From Armatimonadota bacterium (GTDB taxonomy: Bacteria > Armatimonadota > SYMT01): a DNA stretch of 64,000 nucleotides. The notes under the pieces are model-generated. The model had not been told where the DNA came from and made no database searches. It saw only the letters and a program-made list of their open reading frames with translations. The stretch spans positions 1 through 64,000 of the forward strand of contig JAWLHY010000016.1 in the NCBI GenBank assembly GCA_041690135.1, read 5' to 3'. The position numbers and the translations under genes were made by a program. This document shows positions 38,509 to 48,822 of this stretch, piece after piece. How positions within the stretch are numbered: the stretch's first letter is position 1; each line of letters starts with the position of its first letter.

Positions 38509-38580
38509 AGCCGACGGTCGGATTCGAACCGACGGCCTGCTGTTTACGAAACAGCTGCTCTACCACTGAGCTACGTCGGC
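38509..38580 (-). tRNA. tRNA-Thr(CGT)
   Basis: GCCGACGTAGCTCAGTGGTAGAGCA GCTGT-TTCGTAA-ACAGC AGGCCGTCGGTTCGAATCCGACCGTCGGCT; CCA not encoded. Confidence 0.96.
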
Positions 38581-38600
38581 GCAGCCGCCGGACGACGGCA

Positions 38601-38673
<73 letters not shown>

Positions 38674-38714
38674 GTATCGGGAGTGAACTGCGTTCACCGA
38701 ACCGAACGAGCGCA

Positions 38715-38743
38715 ATTATAGGAAAAGGCGAGCGGGCCGTCAA
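38715..38743 (-). promoter_or_regulatory. sigma70 promoter of the tRNA operon
   Basis: TTGACG-N17-TATAAT on the minus strand, followed by a GC-rich discriminator. Confidence 0.85.
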
Positions 38744-38956
38744 GGGGTTTCGCGTGGCGATTTCTACCGGAAGAGCCGGAGCGCAGCGGCGAGTGGAACT
38801 GCCCCCTGAAATGACAACTGCCATGCTAACTCTGTGGTGGATCCGTTTCGTAGAAGGAAACGGGAACCACTAGAGGCGAACCAGTCCCCAAACGTATAAC
38901 GTATAGGTGGTTGGACCGCGAGTTTACCCCCAGCCCCAGAAGGAGTTCGATCCCCC

Positions 38957-40111
38957 ATGGCAGGTGTGACGCTGAAAAAGCTGACCAAGGCCTTCAAGGA
39001 AGTGGTCGCTGTGGACCAGGTGGACCTGGACATTAAAGACAAGGAGTTCATGGTTCTGGTCGGCCCCTCCGGTTGTGGCAAGTCCACCTGTCTCCGGATG
39101 ATCGCGGGCCTGGAGGAGTCGACTTCGGGCGAGATCTATATTGGGGACCGGCTGGTCAACGACGTGTCGCCGAAGGATCGCGACATCGCCATGGTGTTCC
39201 AGAACTACGCTCTCTACCCGCACATGACCGTCTACGAGAACATGGCGTTCGGCCTGAAACTGCGGATGTTGGGGGGGATGTTCTGGCAGTTGACCCACTG
39301 GGGAGAAGCGCAGAAGCGGAAGGCGGAGATTCGCCAGCGGGTGCTGGACGCGGCCCGGCGCCTCGATCTGGAGAAACTGCTGGAGCGCAAGCCGAAGCAG
39401 CTTTCCGGCGGACAGCGCCAGCGCGTAGCCCTGGGACGGGCCATCGTCCGCGAGCCGCAGGTCTTCCTGATGGACGAACCGCTCTCCAACCTGGACGCCA
39501 AACTGCGCGTCCAGACCCGGGCCGAGCTCATCAAACTCCACCGCAGCCTGGGGGTCACCACCGTCTACGTCACCCACGATCAGGTCGAGGCCATGACGAT
39601 GGGAGACCGGATCACGGTGATGAAGGATGGCCTGATCCAGCAGTGCGACACCCCGTTGAACCTGTATCACCACCCCGCGAATATGTTCGTCGCCGGGTTC
39701 ATCGGCAGCCCCAGCATGAATTTCATCGACGCGAAGGTCGAGAAGAACTCCGAGGGCTATGTTCTCGATGCCGGGAGCATCAATGTGCAGGCGCCTAAGC
39801 TGGCGACCGAGCGCCTGGGCGCCTATGCCGGGCAGACCGTGGTCTTCGGCTTCCGACCGTCCGACATCTACGGCACGGACCGCCTGCCCCCCAACCTCAC
39901 GGGCCACGGGGGTAACACCATCCGCGCCCTCTGCGAGGTGACGGAGCCGATGGGCGACCGCATGCACCTCTACCTCTCCAACGCTCCGCACACCTTCGTG
40001 GCGGACGTGGACTCGGAGACGAAGGTCGCCGAAGAGCGAGAGGTCGAGCTCGTCATCGACATGGAACGCACGCACGCCTTCGATAAGAAGACGGAGCAGG
40101 CGATCTACTGA
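38957..40111 (+). CDS. sugar ABC transporter ATP-binding protein (MalK/MsmX/UgpC family)
   Basis: [57 protein letters not shown]. Confidence 0.95.
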   Translation: MAGVTLKKLTKAFKEVVAVDQVDLDIKDKEFMVLVGPSGCGKSTCLRMIAGLEESTSGEIYIGDRLVNDVSPKDRDIAMVFQNYALYPHMTVYENMAFGLKLRMLGGMFWQLTHWGEAQKRKAEIRQRVLDAARRLDLEKLLERKPKQLSGGQRQRVALGRAIVREPQVFLMDEPLSNLDAKLRVQTRAELIKLHRSLGVTTVYVTHDQVEAMTMGDRITVMKDGLIQQCDTPLNLYHHPANMFVAGFIGSPSMNFIDAKVEKNSEGYVLDAGSINVQAPKLATERLGAYAGQTVVFGFRPSDIYGTDRLPPNLTGHGGNTIRALCEVTEPMGDRMHLYLSNAPHTFVADVDSETKVAEEREVELVIDMERTHAFDKKTEQAIY

Positions 40112-40118
40112 TCCGCCC

Positions 40119-41468
40119 GTGACGTACCAAGAAGCCGTCGACTACCTCGACTCGCTGGCGCAGTTCGGCTGGAAGCTGGACCTCGCCCGGATCGAGAGGC
40201 TGTGCGCCCTGGCGGACCACCCCGAACGCCGGTTTCCCGCAGTGCTCGTGGGCGGTAGCGCCGGCAAGGGATCTACCTGCGGGTTTCTTTCTGCCATACT
40301 CCAGGCGGCCGGCCTGCGGTCGGGCACGGCCCCAAAGCCGCACCTGCACACCCACCGCGAGCGGGTGCAGGTCGACGGTGAACTGATCTCCGCGGAGCAG
40401 TTCGCTGCCATAATGGAACGGATCGTGCCATTGTCCGCGCGTGTCACCGAGGAAGAGGGTTCCCCCACCGTCTTCGAGGTGATGACGCTGCTCTCTTTTC
40501 TGCACTTTGCCGAGAGCGGAGTGGACCGCGCTGTTATCGAGGTGGGACTCGGAGGGCGGTTCGACGCCACCAATGTGCTGCCCGCCGACCTCTCCATCAT
40601 CACGATGATCGGTTTGGACCACACGGACCGGCTCGGGGATACGGTCGAGCAGATCGCCTTCGAAAAGGCCGGCATCATCAAGCCCGGACGGCGGCTGGTA
40701 ACCGGCGCCTCCGGGGGGGCGCTAGAGGTGATCGAGGCCGTAGCGCGAGAACGGGCCGCCGAGATCTGGAGACTCCATCGCGAGATCCGGTATGGGAACG
40801 TACGGGCTGGTCGTTACGGGAGCACGTTCGATCTGGAAACGCCGCTGGGTTTCCTGGCCGACCTGCAGGTGGCAATGACCGGTGAGCACCAGGTCCACAA
40901 CGCCTCCCTGGCCGCCGCGGCCGCGCTCTGGCTGCGGGACGCACACATTGGGTTGGACGAAGCAAGCGTGCGGACCGGACTGGAACGGACGCGGGTTCCC
41001 GGACGCCTAGAGGTAGTCGGGGAAAGGCCGCTCGTGCTCGTTGATGCCGCTCACAGCCCCGACCGGGCGGAAGCCCTGGCCGCCAGCCTGCGCGATCTGT
41101 ATCTGCCGGAACAGCCCGGCGCACGGCTCATCCTGGTCATCGGCTGTTCCACCGGACATGCGCCCGAGGTGGTGGTCAGCCGTCTGGCGCCCCTGGCAGC
41201 AGAACTTATCGCCACTCGCAGCCGGCACCCGGCGGCCATTCCTACGAGCGAGATCGCCGCTTCCGCCCGGACCACCGGCGTTCCGGTGACGGAAATCGAA
41301 CCGGTCGCCGCCGCGCTCAACCACGCCCGGTCGCTAGCACGCCCCGAAGACATCGTGCTGGTGACCGGTTCCCTGTTCGTGGCGGGCGAGGCACTGGAAG
41401 CCTGGGGAACGGACGCTACGGTTGGGCGAGTGAACTCGCGCCTCCACACGGCGAGGCCTCACCCCTAG
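40119..41468 (+). CDS. folC: folylpolyglutamate/dihydrofolate synthase
   Basis: GSAGKGST, PHL...RER, EVGLGGRFDATNV, IGLDHT..LG.T...IA.EKAGIIK, PGRLE, DAAH, TGSLF. Confidence 0.92.
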   Translation: MTYQEAVDYLDSLAQFGWKLDLARIERLCALADHPERRFPAVLVGGSAGKGSTCGFLSAILQAAGLRSGTAPKPHLHTHRERVQVDGELISAEQFAAIMERIVPLSARVTEEEGSPTVFEVMTLLSFLHFAESGVDRAVIEVGLGGRFDATNVLPADLSIITMIGLDHTDRLGDTVEQIAFEKAGIIKPGRRLVTGASGGALEVIEAVARERAAEIWRLHREIRYGNVRAGRYGSTFDLETPLGFLADLQVAMTGEHQVHNASLAAAAALWLRDAHIGLDEASVRTGLERTRVPGRLEVVGERPLVLVDAAHSPDRAEALAASLRDLYLPEQPGARLILVIGCSTGHAPEVVVSRLAPLAAELIATRSRHPAAIPTSEIAASARTTGVPVTEIEPVAAALNHARSLARPEDIVLVTGSLFVAGEALEAWGTDATVGRVNSRLHTARPHP

Positions 41469-41518
41469 GGTTCCCGCCGCAGGCTAACCCGAGAGAAGCG
41501 GTTCTTCCTTAGCAGCGC

Positions 41519-41977
41519 CTAACCGAGTGCTTCCGCCCCAAGACCCACCTTCCGACAGAGACGTCCCAGCTCTTCCTGCTCCTCGGGAGTGAGAACCGAT
41601 ATTTCGCGGACGATAGCGGCAGCGTGGTTGGGGAAAATGCCGGCGATCAGGTCGCGGCCCGCGTCGGTGAGATGCACAGTAATGTAACGGCGGTCCGCCG
41701 TGGAGCGCTCCCGCCGCACCAGGTTTCGCTTCTCCAGGTTATCCAGCACCAGCGTGATGTTGCCGCTGCTTTTGAGGAGCTTCTCCCCCAGTTCCTTCTG
41801 GCAGAGCGGCCCCAGGTGATAGAGGGCCTCCAGGGCGCCGAACTGGCTGAAGGTGAGATTCGCCTCGTTCAGGTGTCCCTGCAGCCGACTGGTGACGGAC
41901 TCCGCCGCCCGGACCAGCTTGGTATACGTGCCCAGGGCACGGCGTTCTTCTTCGGTTCCCCCGTGGTGACAGGGCAA
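41519..41977 (-). CDS. MarR-family transcriptional regulator
   Basis: LTFSQFGALEALYHLGPL.QKELG.KLLKSSGNIT.VLDNLEKR...DRR; likely TTG start at 41977 with GGAG RBS. Confidence 0.9.
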   Translation of the reverse strand: MPCHHGGTEEERRALGTYTKLVRAAESVTSRLQGHLNEANLTFSQFGALEALYHLGPLCQKELGEKLLKSSGNITLVLDNLEKRNLVRRERSTADRRYITVHLTDAGRDLIAGIFPNHAAAIVREISVLTPEEQEELGRLCRKVGLGAEALG

Positions 41978-42253
41978 AATGCGTTCTCCAGATCTTTCAG
42001 CATCAAATGGTTTGGTGTTGAATGTACCAGAGGCACCGATACTCGTCAACCGATCGGAAACGGGACCCGGGGATGCGACAAGCGGCCCCAACCGGAACCA
42101 GGAGATCCGAAAGGGACTCCGGTTCAGCCGGACCAACTCAAAAGCATCGAGAAAATGTCCCGAACCGTGCACCGCCGGCCAACGTAGTACTCAAGACACC
42201 GGATTGGGGCGAGGAGAGTCGTTCACCGCCCCACTTCCGGTGTTGACCTGAGT

Positions 42254-43570
42254 ATGAATCGCCGTCGCTTCCTCACCCAGGCTTCCGCCCTCCTCGGCCT
42301 TCCCGTGCTGGGGTTCTGTTCGGGTGGCTGCGGTGGAGCCGCAACCAACCGCGATGGTCGGCTCACCCTGCGCTACATGGCCTGGGGCGGTCCGGAACAG
42401 ATCCGGGTCGAGCGACGGATCTGCGCCGCGTTCGAGGAACTCCACCCGGAGATCCACGTGCACCTCTTTATGGTGCCCGGCCAGGCCTATGCGGACAAGC
42501 TGCAACTGATGCTCGCCTCGCGCACCGCGCCGGACGTGATGCGCGTGGACCAGTACTTCTTCCCCGCGCTGGCGCGCAAGGAGTACTTCCTATCGCTGGA
42601 CCCGTTCATCGCCGCCGAACCGCTGGACTTCCTGGAAGACTTCCACCCCATCGCCCGCGAGGAGGGTCGCTGGCAGGGTCGGGTCTACGGTCTCAACGTC
42701 CTCTGGGGCGGGATCATGATCTACTACAACCAGGGGCTCTTCCGCGCCGCCGGTCTTCCCGATCCCTACCGGCTCTTCCTTCAAGACCGCTGGACATGGG
42801 AGCAGTTCGTCGAATGCGCAGTGGCCCTGACCCGGAAAGTGGGTGGGCGAGTCGTCCAGTTTGGGACGAATCATGTGCTGTTCCCTCTTTATGCCTCCGT
42901 GATCTGGAACCATGGGGGAGAAGTGATGGACCCGGACATGACGCGGCTGGTGATGGCTGAGGACCCCGGCGCGGTGCTGGGGTTCCAGCGATATGCCGAC
43001 CTGCGTTGGAAACACCAGTGTGCTCCTTCGCCCGCGGAGAACGCACTTTCCCCGTTCGCTTTCGAGTCGGGCAGAACAGGTATGGTCTGGGGTTGGGCCG
43101 GAGAGACCCCGCGGTATCGCAGAAGCATCCGGGACTTTCCCTGGGACATCTGCCCCACCCCGGCGGGCCCCACCGGGCATCATACCCTGGTCAAAGGCAA
43201 CCAGCTCGTCATCAACCGCGAGACGAGGTATCCGGAAGCCGCGTGGAAGTTCTTGAAGTACATGACCAGCCCCGACGCGGAAAGACTGCTCTGTACCCGG
43301 CTGCGGCGTTCCGTACCCACCCGGCTTTCGGTCCTCCGCGATCCGGCGTACCTCAAGACGGACCAACCGCCCTTCCAGACGGAGGTCTTCCTGGAGACGA
43401 GCGAACGCGGGCGAGTTTTCCCGATCGATTGGCGCTATCAGGAATGGGTGGAGCAGTTCAACACGGGGATGGAACCGCTGTTCGCTATGAACGAGCGCGA
43501 TGCGCGTTCCGCCCTGACGGATGCATGTGCCCGGGCCAACGCCGTGCTGGCGGGCGAGGACGGCTTCTGA
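42254..43570 (+). CDS. sugar ABC transporter solute-binding (lipo)protein with Tat signal
   Basis: NRRRFL Tat motif; APDV, YYN..LF..AGL, PEAAWKFLKY. Confidence 0.88.
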   Translation: MNRRRFLTQASALLGLPVLGFCSGGCGGAATNRDGRLTLRYMAWGGPEQIRVERRICAAFEELHPEIHVHLFMVPGQAYADKLQLMLASRTAPDVMRVDQYFFPALARKEYFLSLDPFIAAEPLDFLEDFHPIAREEGRWQGRVYGLNVLWGGIMIYYNQGLFRAAGLPDPYRLFLQDRWTWEQFVECAVALTRKVGGRVVQFGTNHVLFPLYASVIWNHGGEVMDPDMTRLVMAEDPGAVLGFQRYADLRWKHQCAPSPAENALSPFAFESGRTGMVWGWAGETPRYRRSIRDFPWDICPTPAGPTGHHTLVKGNQLVINRETRYPEAAWKFLKYMTSPDAERLLCTRLRRSVPTRLSVLRDPAYLKTDQPPFQTEVFLETSERGRVFPIDWRYQEWVEQFNTGMEPLFAMNERDARSALTDACARANAVLAGEDGF

Positions 43571-44481
43571 TGGTGCCCCTAAAGGCCAGGCGAAAGCCTC
43601 TCTGGCGGCGGAGGGATGCGTGGGGATACGTCTTCATCGCTCCCTGGCTGGCAGGGTTCCTGCTCTTTACGGCGGGACCGCTGCTCGGTTCGTTGTACCT
43701 CTCGCTCTGCAAGTACGACCTGCACACGCTCGAGTGGGTGGGAACGAAGAATTACCAGGTACTGCTGACGCGCGACCCGCTGTTCTGGAAATCACTGGTC
43801 AACACGGCGATCTACGTCCTGGTGTCGGTGCCGCTCGGCCTGACCGGTTCCCTCGTGTTGGCGTTGCTCCTGAACCAGTCGGTACGGGGAATTGCCGTCT
43901 TCCGAACCCTGTTCTACCTGCCCTCATTGGTACCGGCGGTGGCATCGGCGCTATTGTGGGCCTGGATCTTCCATCCGGAAGCCGGCCTATTGAACTACGG
44001 CCTGTCCCTTGTGGGTATCCGGGGGCCCGAGTGGCTGCAGGACCCGAGTACGGCCCTGGCCTCACTCATTCTGATGAGTCTGTGGGGGATTGGGGGCAGC
44101 CGCATGATCATCTTCCTGGCGGGCCTCCAGGGGATCTCGGAGGAACTGTATGAGGCCGGCGCGCTCGACGGGGCGCGAGGCTGGACCGCCTTCCGGCACA
44201 TCACGCTGCCGATGCTTTCCCCCACGATCCTGTTCAACCTCGTATTGGGCGTCATCGGTTCTTTCCAGGTGTTCACCTCGGCCTACGTACTCACCAACGG
44301 AGGACCGAACAACGCCACGCTGATGTACGTGCTCTACCTCTATAACAACGCCTTCCGCTACTTCAAGCTGGGAAAGGCCTCGGCGATGGCGTGGGTCCTG
44401 TTTGTGATCTTGCTCTTGTTCACCACGATCCAGTTCCGGCACGCCGCGAAGTGGGTCCACTACGAAGGCGAGGCGGCGTAG
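43570..44481 (+). CDS. carbohydrate ABC transporter permease (MalF-type)
   Basis: YVFIAPW..GF..FT.GP, FRTLFYLPS, ELYEAGALDGA (EAA loop), ITLPMLSP; TGATG coupling; start 43570, not 43006. Confidence 0.93.
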   Translation: MVPLKARRKPLWRRRDAWGYVFIAPWLAGFLLFTAGPLLGSLYLSLCKYDLHTLEWVGTKNYQVLLTRDPLFWKSLVNTAIYVLVSVPLGLTGSLVLALLLNQSVRGIAVFRTLFYLPSLVPAVASALLWAWIFHPEAGLLNYGLSLVGIRGPEWLQDPSTALASLILMSLWGIGGSRMIIFLAGLQGISEELYEAGALDGARGWTAFRHITLPMLSPTILFNLVLGVIGSFQVFTSAYVLTNGGPNNATLMYVLYLYNNAFRYFKLGKASAMAWVLFVILLLFTTIQFRHAAKWVHYEGEAA

Positions 44482-44484
44482 GCC

Positions 44485-45330
44485 ATGGTAGCGCGGGGCA
44501 AACGTGAACAACGCCTGCGGCAGGCCCTCCTCCTACTCATGCTTTGCCTCGGCGCAGCGCTGTTTTCGGTTCCGTTCCTCTGGACCGTCAGCACGGCGCT
44601 CAAGACGAACCAGCAGGTGTTTGAGGTTCCGCCGCAATGGATCCCCCATCCACCCCAGTGGGAGAACTTCCGCCGGGCCTGGACAGAGCTGCCGTTCCCC
44701 CGGTTCGTTCTCAACACGGTGTTGATCACCGGGGTGGCGGTGGTCGGCCAGGTGGTTTCCGCCTCCCTCGTCGCCTATGGGTTTGCCCGCTTCCGGTTTC
44801 CGGGGCGCAACTTTCTCTTCATGCTCATGCTCTCCACCATGATGCTGCCGGCGCAGGTGACTATGATCCCGGTTTTCCTGTTCTGGCGGGAACTGCGGGC
44901 CATCGACACCTTCGCCCCGCTTACGGTCCCGTCATTCTTCGGCGGTGGAGCCTTCACCATCTTCTTGCTCCGCCAGTTCTTCCTGACGATCCCGCGGGAA
45001 CTGGACGAAGCGGCCATGATTGACGGCGCTTCCCCATTCGCCATCTGGTGGCGCGTGCTGCTCCCGCTCTCTCGTCCCGCCCTGGTGACGGTGGTCCTCT
45101 TCTCCTTCCTCTCCCACTGGGACGACTTCATGGGCCCGCTGATCTACCTGAATTCAATGGAGAAGTACACCGTCTCCATCGGCCTGCGGATGTTCCAGGA
45201 CATGTTCGGGACGCAACTCGAGCTGTTGATGGCCGCCTCCCTGATCCACATCCTGCCGACGGTGGTGCTCTTCTTCCTCGGGCAGAAGTACTTCGTTAAG
45301 GGAGTCGCTCTCACAGGGCTCAAGGGTTAG
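44485..45330 (+). CDS. carbohydrate ABC transporter permease (MalG-type)
   Basis: AYGFARFRF, FLLRQFF.TIP.ELDEAA.IDGA, WDDFMGPLIYL, QKYFVKG. Confidence 0.93.
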   Translation: MVARGKREQRLRQALLLLMLCLGAALFSVPFLWTVSTALKTNQQVFEVPPQWIPHPPQWENFRRAWTELPFPRFVLNTVLITGVAVVGQVVSASLVAYGFARFRFPGRNFLFMLMLSTMMLPAQVTMIPVFLFWRELRAIDTFAPLTVPSFFGGGAFTIFLLRQFFLTIPRELDEAAMIDGASPFAIWWRVLLPLSRPALVTVVLFSFLSHWDDFMGPLIYLNSMEKYTVSIGLRMFQDMFGTQLELLMAASLIHILPTVVLFFLGQKYFVKGVALTGLKG

Positions 45331-45380
45331 CACGCATTAGTCACGGTAGCCACTTGTCACTAACCACAGAGACATATCCG

Positions 45381-45932
45381 ATGTCAAAACGTAGACCGCT
45401 CCCTTTCCCCTGGCCCACCGGATCTTTTGAAGAGGAAACCGACGACGGCTTCACCCTCGTGAGCCCTCCCGCGAGCGACGAGGATATGGCGCGGTACGAA
45501 GCGGCGTTGGAGACCGACCCGGACGCACGCGAAGTTCGAGAGTTCTACGCCCATGCACTCCACCGGCGTGGCCTTACAACGGAAGCGCTCGCAAACTGGC
45601 GCATCCTGGTAGAGGCGGACCCGGAAAACGAACATTAACAGTTCACACTCGGTGCCTGGGAGCGAGAAGCAGGAAACTTCGAGGCTGCACTGACGGCCTG
45701 CCGGAAGGCTCTGGATCTGCGGGCAGCACAGGGGGAAACGGACGAACAGGGCGAGGCGATCATCCGCTGGGGGCTCTTCGAAACGCTCCGCGCCCTGGGA
45801 GACCGGGACGGCGCGCTCCGCGAAATCCGCCGGGCGGTAGAGTTGATGGAGGCGGGGGTGAGTCGCGAGTGTGCCAGCCTCCAGCTTCTGGGGCAACTGC
45901 GGAGAACTCTTGCAAAATGGGAAAGCGGATGA
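45381..45932 (+). pseudogene. TPR-like protein interrupted by an in-frame TAA (45636-45638)
   Basis: frame continues DPENEH*QFTLGAWEREAGNFEAALTACRKALDL...GDRDGALREIRRAVEL to TGA 45932. Confidence 0.65.
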
Positions 45933-46113
45933 CGAGAGCCGAGATTGAGTACATGAGCTACCTGCAGCACACGTGTTAGGGTTCGTCTGGACCTCGCGCG
46001 GGCTATCCCCACCACTAATCATCTCCTGCGGATACGATAAACCGGTTCCGTGACGATCCGTGCCACCCCGTGCGGGCGTGTTTGTCACCGTCTGTATCCA
46101 GAGGCGACCCCTG

Positions 46114-47394
46114 ATGACTCCCGAAGAGATCGAGGCGCTGGTCGAGAAGACCGCGCAGCAGTACAGCGAACACCTGAACCCCAACCTGCCGAACCTGTTG
46201 AAGTTCATGGGCTTCGGCACCGTGAGCCAGTCAACGGACGGGATGTATCTCACCGACGTGGAGGGCCACCACTGGCTGGATTTCCTGGGCGGGCTGGGGG
46301 TGTTCAGCCTGGGGCACCGTCACCCCAAGGTGGTGGCGGCCGTCCAGGACCAGTTGCAGCGGATGCCGCTGACGATCCCGATCTTCTTCAACCAGCTCCA
46401 GGCCGAGTTGGCGGTTCGGCTGGCGGAGATCCTGCCGGGGCGCATTGAGTACTCCTTCTTCTGCTCCAGTGGGACGGAAGCGGTGGAAGGCGCGCTGAAG
46501 CTGGCGCGCGTGAGCACGGGGCGGACCGAGATCATCTCCGCGGAAGCGGCCTACCACGGGAAGACGATGGGCTCGCTCAGCGCCAGCGGCCGGGACCTGT
46601 ACAAGACGCCGTTCGAGCCGCTGGTGCCGGAATGCCGGCAGGTTCCGTTCGGGGATATCGCAGCCCTGGATGCGGCGGTGACCGACCAGACGGCGGCCGT
46701 AATCCTGGAGCCGGTACAGGGCGAAGGCGGCGTGAATGTCCCTCCGCCGGATTACCTGCCCGCCGTGCGCCGGATCTGCACGGAGCGAGGCGCGCTACTG
46801 ATCGCAGACGAAGTCCAGACCGGCTTCGGGCGCACCGGCAAGATGTTCGCCGTGGAGCATTGGGGAGTTGAGCCGGACATGGTCTGCCTGGCCAAGGCGC
46901 TCGGCGGCGGGGTGATGCCGCTTGGGGCGTTCTGCGGGACCGCCGAGGTCTGGGAGCCGTTCCGCAAGAAACCGTGGATTCACACCAGCACCTTCGGTAG
47001 CCCCGGCGGCAACCCGATGGCGTGCGCCGCCGGCTTGGCAACCCTCGACGTGCTGCGGGAAGAGCGGCTCGACCTGCGCGCGGCCGAGATGGGCGCCTAC
47101 TTCCTGGAGCAACTCCAGGCGTTGAAGGCGGAGTTCCCCAGCGTTATCAAGGAAGTCCGCGGCATGGGCCTGCTGCTGGGCCTGGAGTTCTTCAACGAGG
47201 ACGTCGCCGGCCTCACCATCGCCGGGGTCGCGCGCCGCCGCGTGGTGGTCGCCTACTACCTGAGCAACCCGCGGGTGTTCCGGTTCGAGCCGCCGCTCAT
47301 CGTTAACCGCGAGCAGATCGACTTCGCCATCCAGGTGTTCCGCGAGTCGCTCGCCGAAACGCTGGTCCTGGTGGAGGGTCTGGAGGAGGAGTAA
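46114..47394 (+). CDS. class III PLP aminotransferase (putrescine/acetylornithine type)
   Basis: [59 protein letters not shown]. Confidence 0.92.
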   Translation: MTPEEIEALVEKTAQQYSEHLNPNLPNLLKFMGFGTVSQSTDGMYLTDVEGHHWLDFLGGLGVFSLGHRHPKVVAAVQDQLQRMPLTIPIFFNQLQAELAVRLAEILPGRIEYSFFCSSGTEAVEGALKLARVSTGRTEIISAEAAYHGKTMGSLSASGRDLYKTPFEPLVPECRQVPFGDIAALDAAVTDQTAAVILEPVQGEGGVNVPPPDYLPAVRRICTERGALLIADEVQTGFGRTGKMFAVEHWGVEPDMVCLAKALGGGVMPLGAFCGTAEVWEPFRKKPWIHTSTFGSPGGNPMACAAGLATLDVLREERLDLRAAEMGAYFLEQLQALKAEFPSVIKEVRGMGLLLGLEFFNEDVAGLTIAGVARRRVVVAYYLSNPRVFRFEPPLIVNREQIDFAIQVFRESLAETLVLVEGLEEE

Positions 47395-47417
47395 TTCTCC
47401 TCAAGCGTCCGCTTCTT

Positions 47418-47689
47418 GACACGGATGGACACGGATCGAACGGATCTCCACGGGGAGCGACGAAGCACTGCTGCGAAAATGAGCATCGCTGTTCCCTGGT
47501 ATTGCAGTGGGGAGAATGCCGCTGCAAATCGCCTGGAACTGGATGCAAGCCGCCAAGGAACCGCCTCGGACGCGATACCATTGAAGGGGCGTAGAGGCTA
47601 TCCCTGGTGTGTCCGTGCTGACCATACAACGGTCCGCGAGTTCAGGTGTCCTCTGTGTTCCTCTGTTCCAATCTGTATCCGTCTGTGTC
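47418..47689. repeat. about 40-bp imperfect inverted repeats (ACACGGAT-type) enclosing about 190 bp
   Basis: gacacggatggacacggatcgaacggat... versus reverse complement of the right arm gacacagacggatacagattggaacagagg. Confidence 0.55.
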
Positions 47690-47722
47690 GGAAATCAGAA
47701 GATCGTCCGGGAGAGTGAGCCG

Positions 47723-48805
47723 ATGAGTGTGGTGGTCGAGCGGAAAGGTGACCTCAGCGATATCGCGGAGAAGGTGTGGGCGGGAGAGCGGCTCACCTTC
47801 GAGGACGGGCTGCGCCTGTTCGAGACGGAGGACCTCCTGCTGCTCGGATCGCTGGCCGACCTGGTGCGCCAGCGGAAGCACCCGAACCGGATGGTCACCT
47901 TCAACATCGGGCGGAACATCAACTACACCAACGTCTGCTGGGTGCGGTGCAAGTTCTGCGCGTTCTACCGGGTGCCGGGACACGAAGAGGGCTACGTCCT
48001 CACCGACGAAGACGTCCTGCAGAAGTGTAAAGAACTGGTGGACCTCGGCGGGCGGGAGATCCTGATCCAGGGCGGCCTGAACCCGAAGCTGAAGATCGAC
48101 TATTACGAAGGACTCTTCCGCACCATTAAAGAGGCCTTCCCCACCATCGACATCCACGGCCTCTCCAGCGCCGAGATCAACTACGTCGCACACATCAGCA
48201 AACTCCCCCTGGAAGAGGCGCTGGTCCGGCTCCGGAACGCTGGTATGAACACCATTCCCGGCGCCGGGGAGATGCTGGTGGATGAGGTCCGGGAGATGAT
48301 CGCGCCCCTCAAGGAGAAGACGGAGCGCTGGGTTCATCTGATGCGGACGGCGCACGGCCTGGGGATCCGCAGCTCCGCCACCATGGTGTACGGCTGGGGG
48401 GAGAGCTACGCGCAGCGCCTGGAGCACATGCTGCGGGTGCGCGAGCTGCAGGATGAGACCGGGGGCTTCACCGCCTGGATCAGCTGGAGCTTCCAGCCGG
48501 ACGGCACGGAACTGGGCGGCACCAAGGCAAGCGGGTGGGACTACCTGAAGAACACGGCGGTCTCACGCCTGATGCTGGACAACGTGCCGAACCTGCAAGC
48601 CTCCTGGGTGACCCAGGGTCCGAAGCTGGCGCAGATCGCGCTGAAGTACGGTCTGAACGACTTCGGCAGCACCATGATGGAAGAGAACGTCGTCTCCGCT
48701 ACCGGAACCAACTTCTTGATGCAGATCGACGAGATCCGGCGCCTGATCCGGGAAGCCGGTTACGAGCCGCGGGTGCGGGATACGCTTTACAACCTGCTGG
48801 ATTGA
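47723..48805 (+). CDS. mqnC: cyclic dehypoxanthine futalosine synthase (radical SAM)
   Basis: RNINYTNVCWVRCKFCAFYR, IQGG, SATM, LQDETGGFTA, NLQASWVTQG, NDFGSTMMEENVV. Confidence 0.88.
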   Translation: MSVVVERKGDLSDIAEKVWAGERLTFEDGLRLFETEDLLLLGSLADLVRQRKHPNRMVTFNIGRNINYTNVCWVRCKFCAFYRVPGHEEGYVLTDEDVLQKCKELVDLGGREILIQGGLNPKLKIDYYEGLFRTIKEAFPTIDIHGLSSAEINYVAHISKLPLEEALVRLRNAGMNTIPGAGEMLVDEVREMIAPLKEKTERWVHLMRTAHGLGIRSSATMVYGWGESYAQRLEHMLRVRELQDETGGFTAWISWSFQPDGTELGGTKASGWDYLKNTAVSRLMLDNVPNLQASWVTQGPKLAQIALKYGLNDFGSTMMEENVVSATGTNFLMQIDEIRRLIREAGYEPRVRDTLYNLLD

Positions 48806-48822
48806 GGCAGCGCCCTTGGCTG

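Noticed and set aside
38181-38580. Integrative element or att site at tRNA-Thr
   Set aside because: No integrase or duplicated tRNA 3' end was seen in the window.
45384-46253. 289-aa minus-strand ORF
   Set aside because: Antisense to the TPR pseudogene and the aminotransferase start; no motifs.
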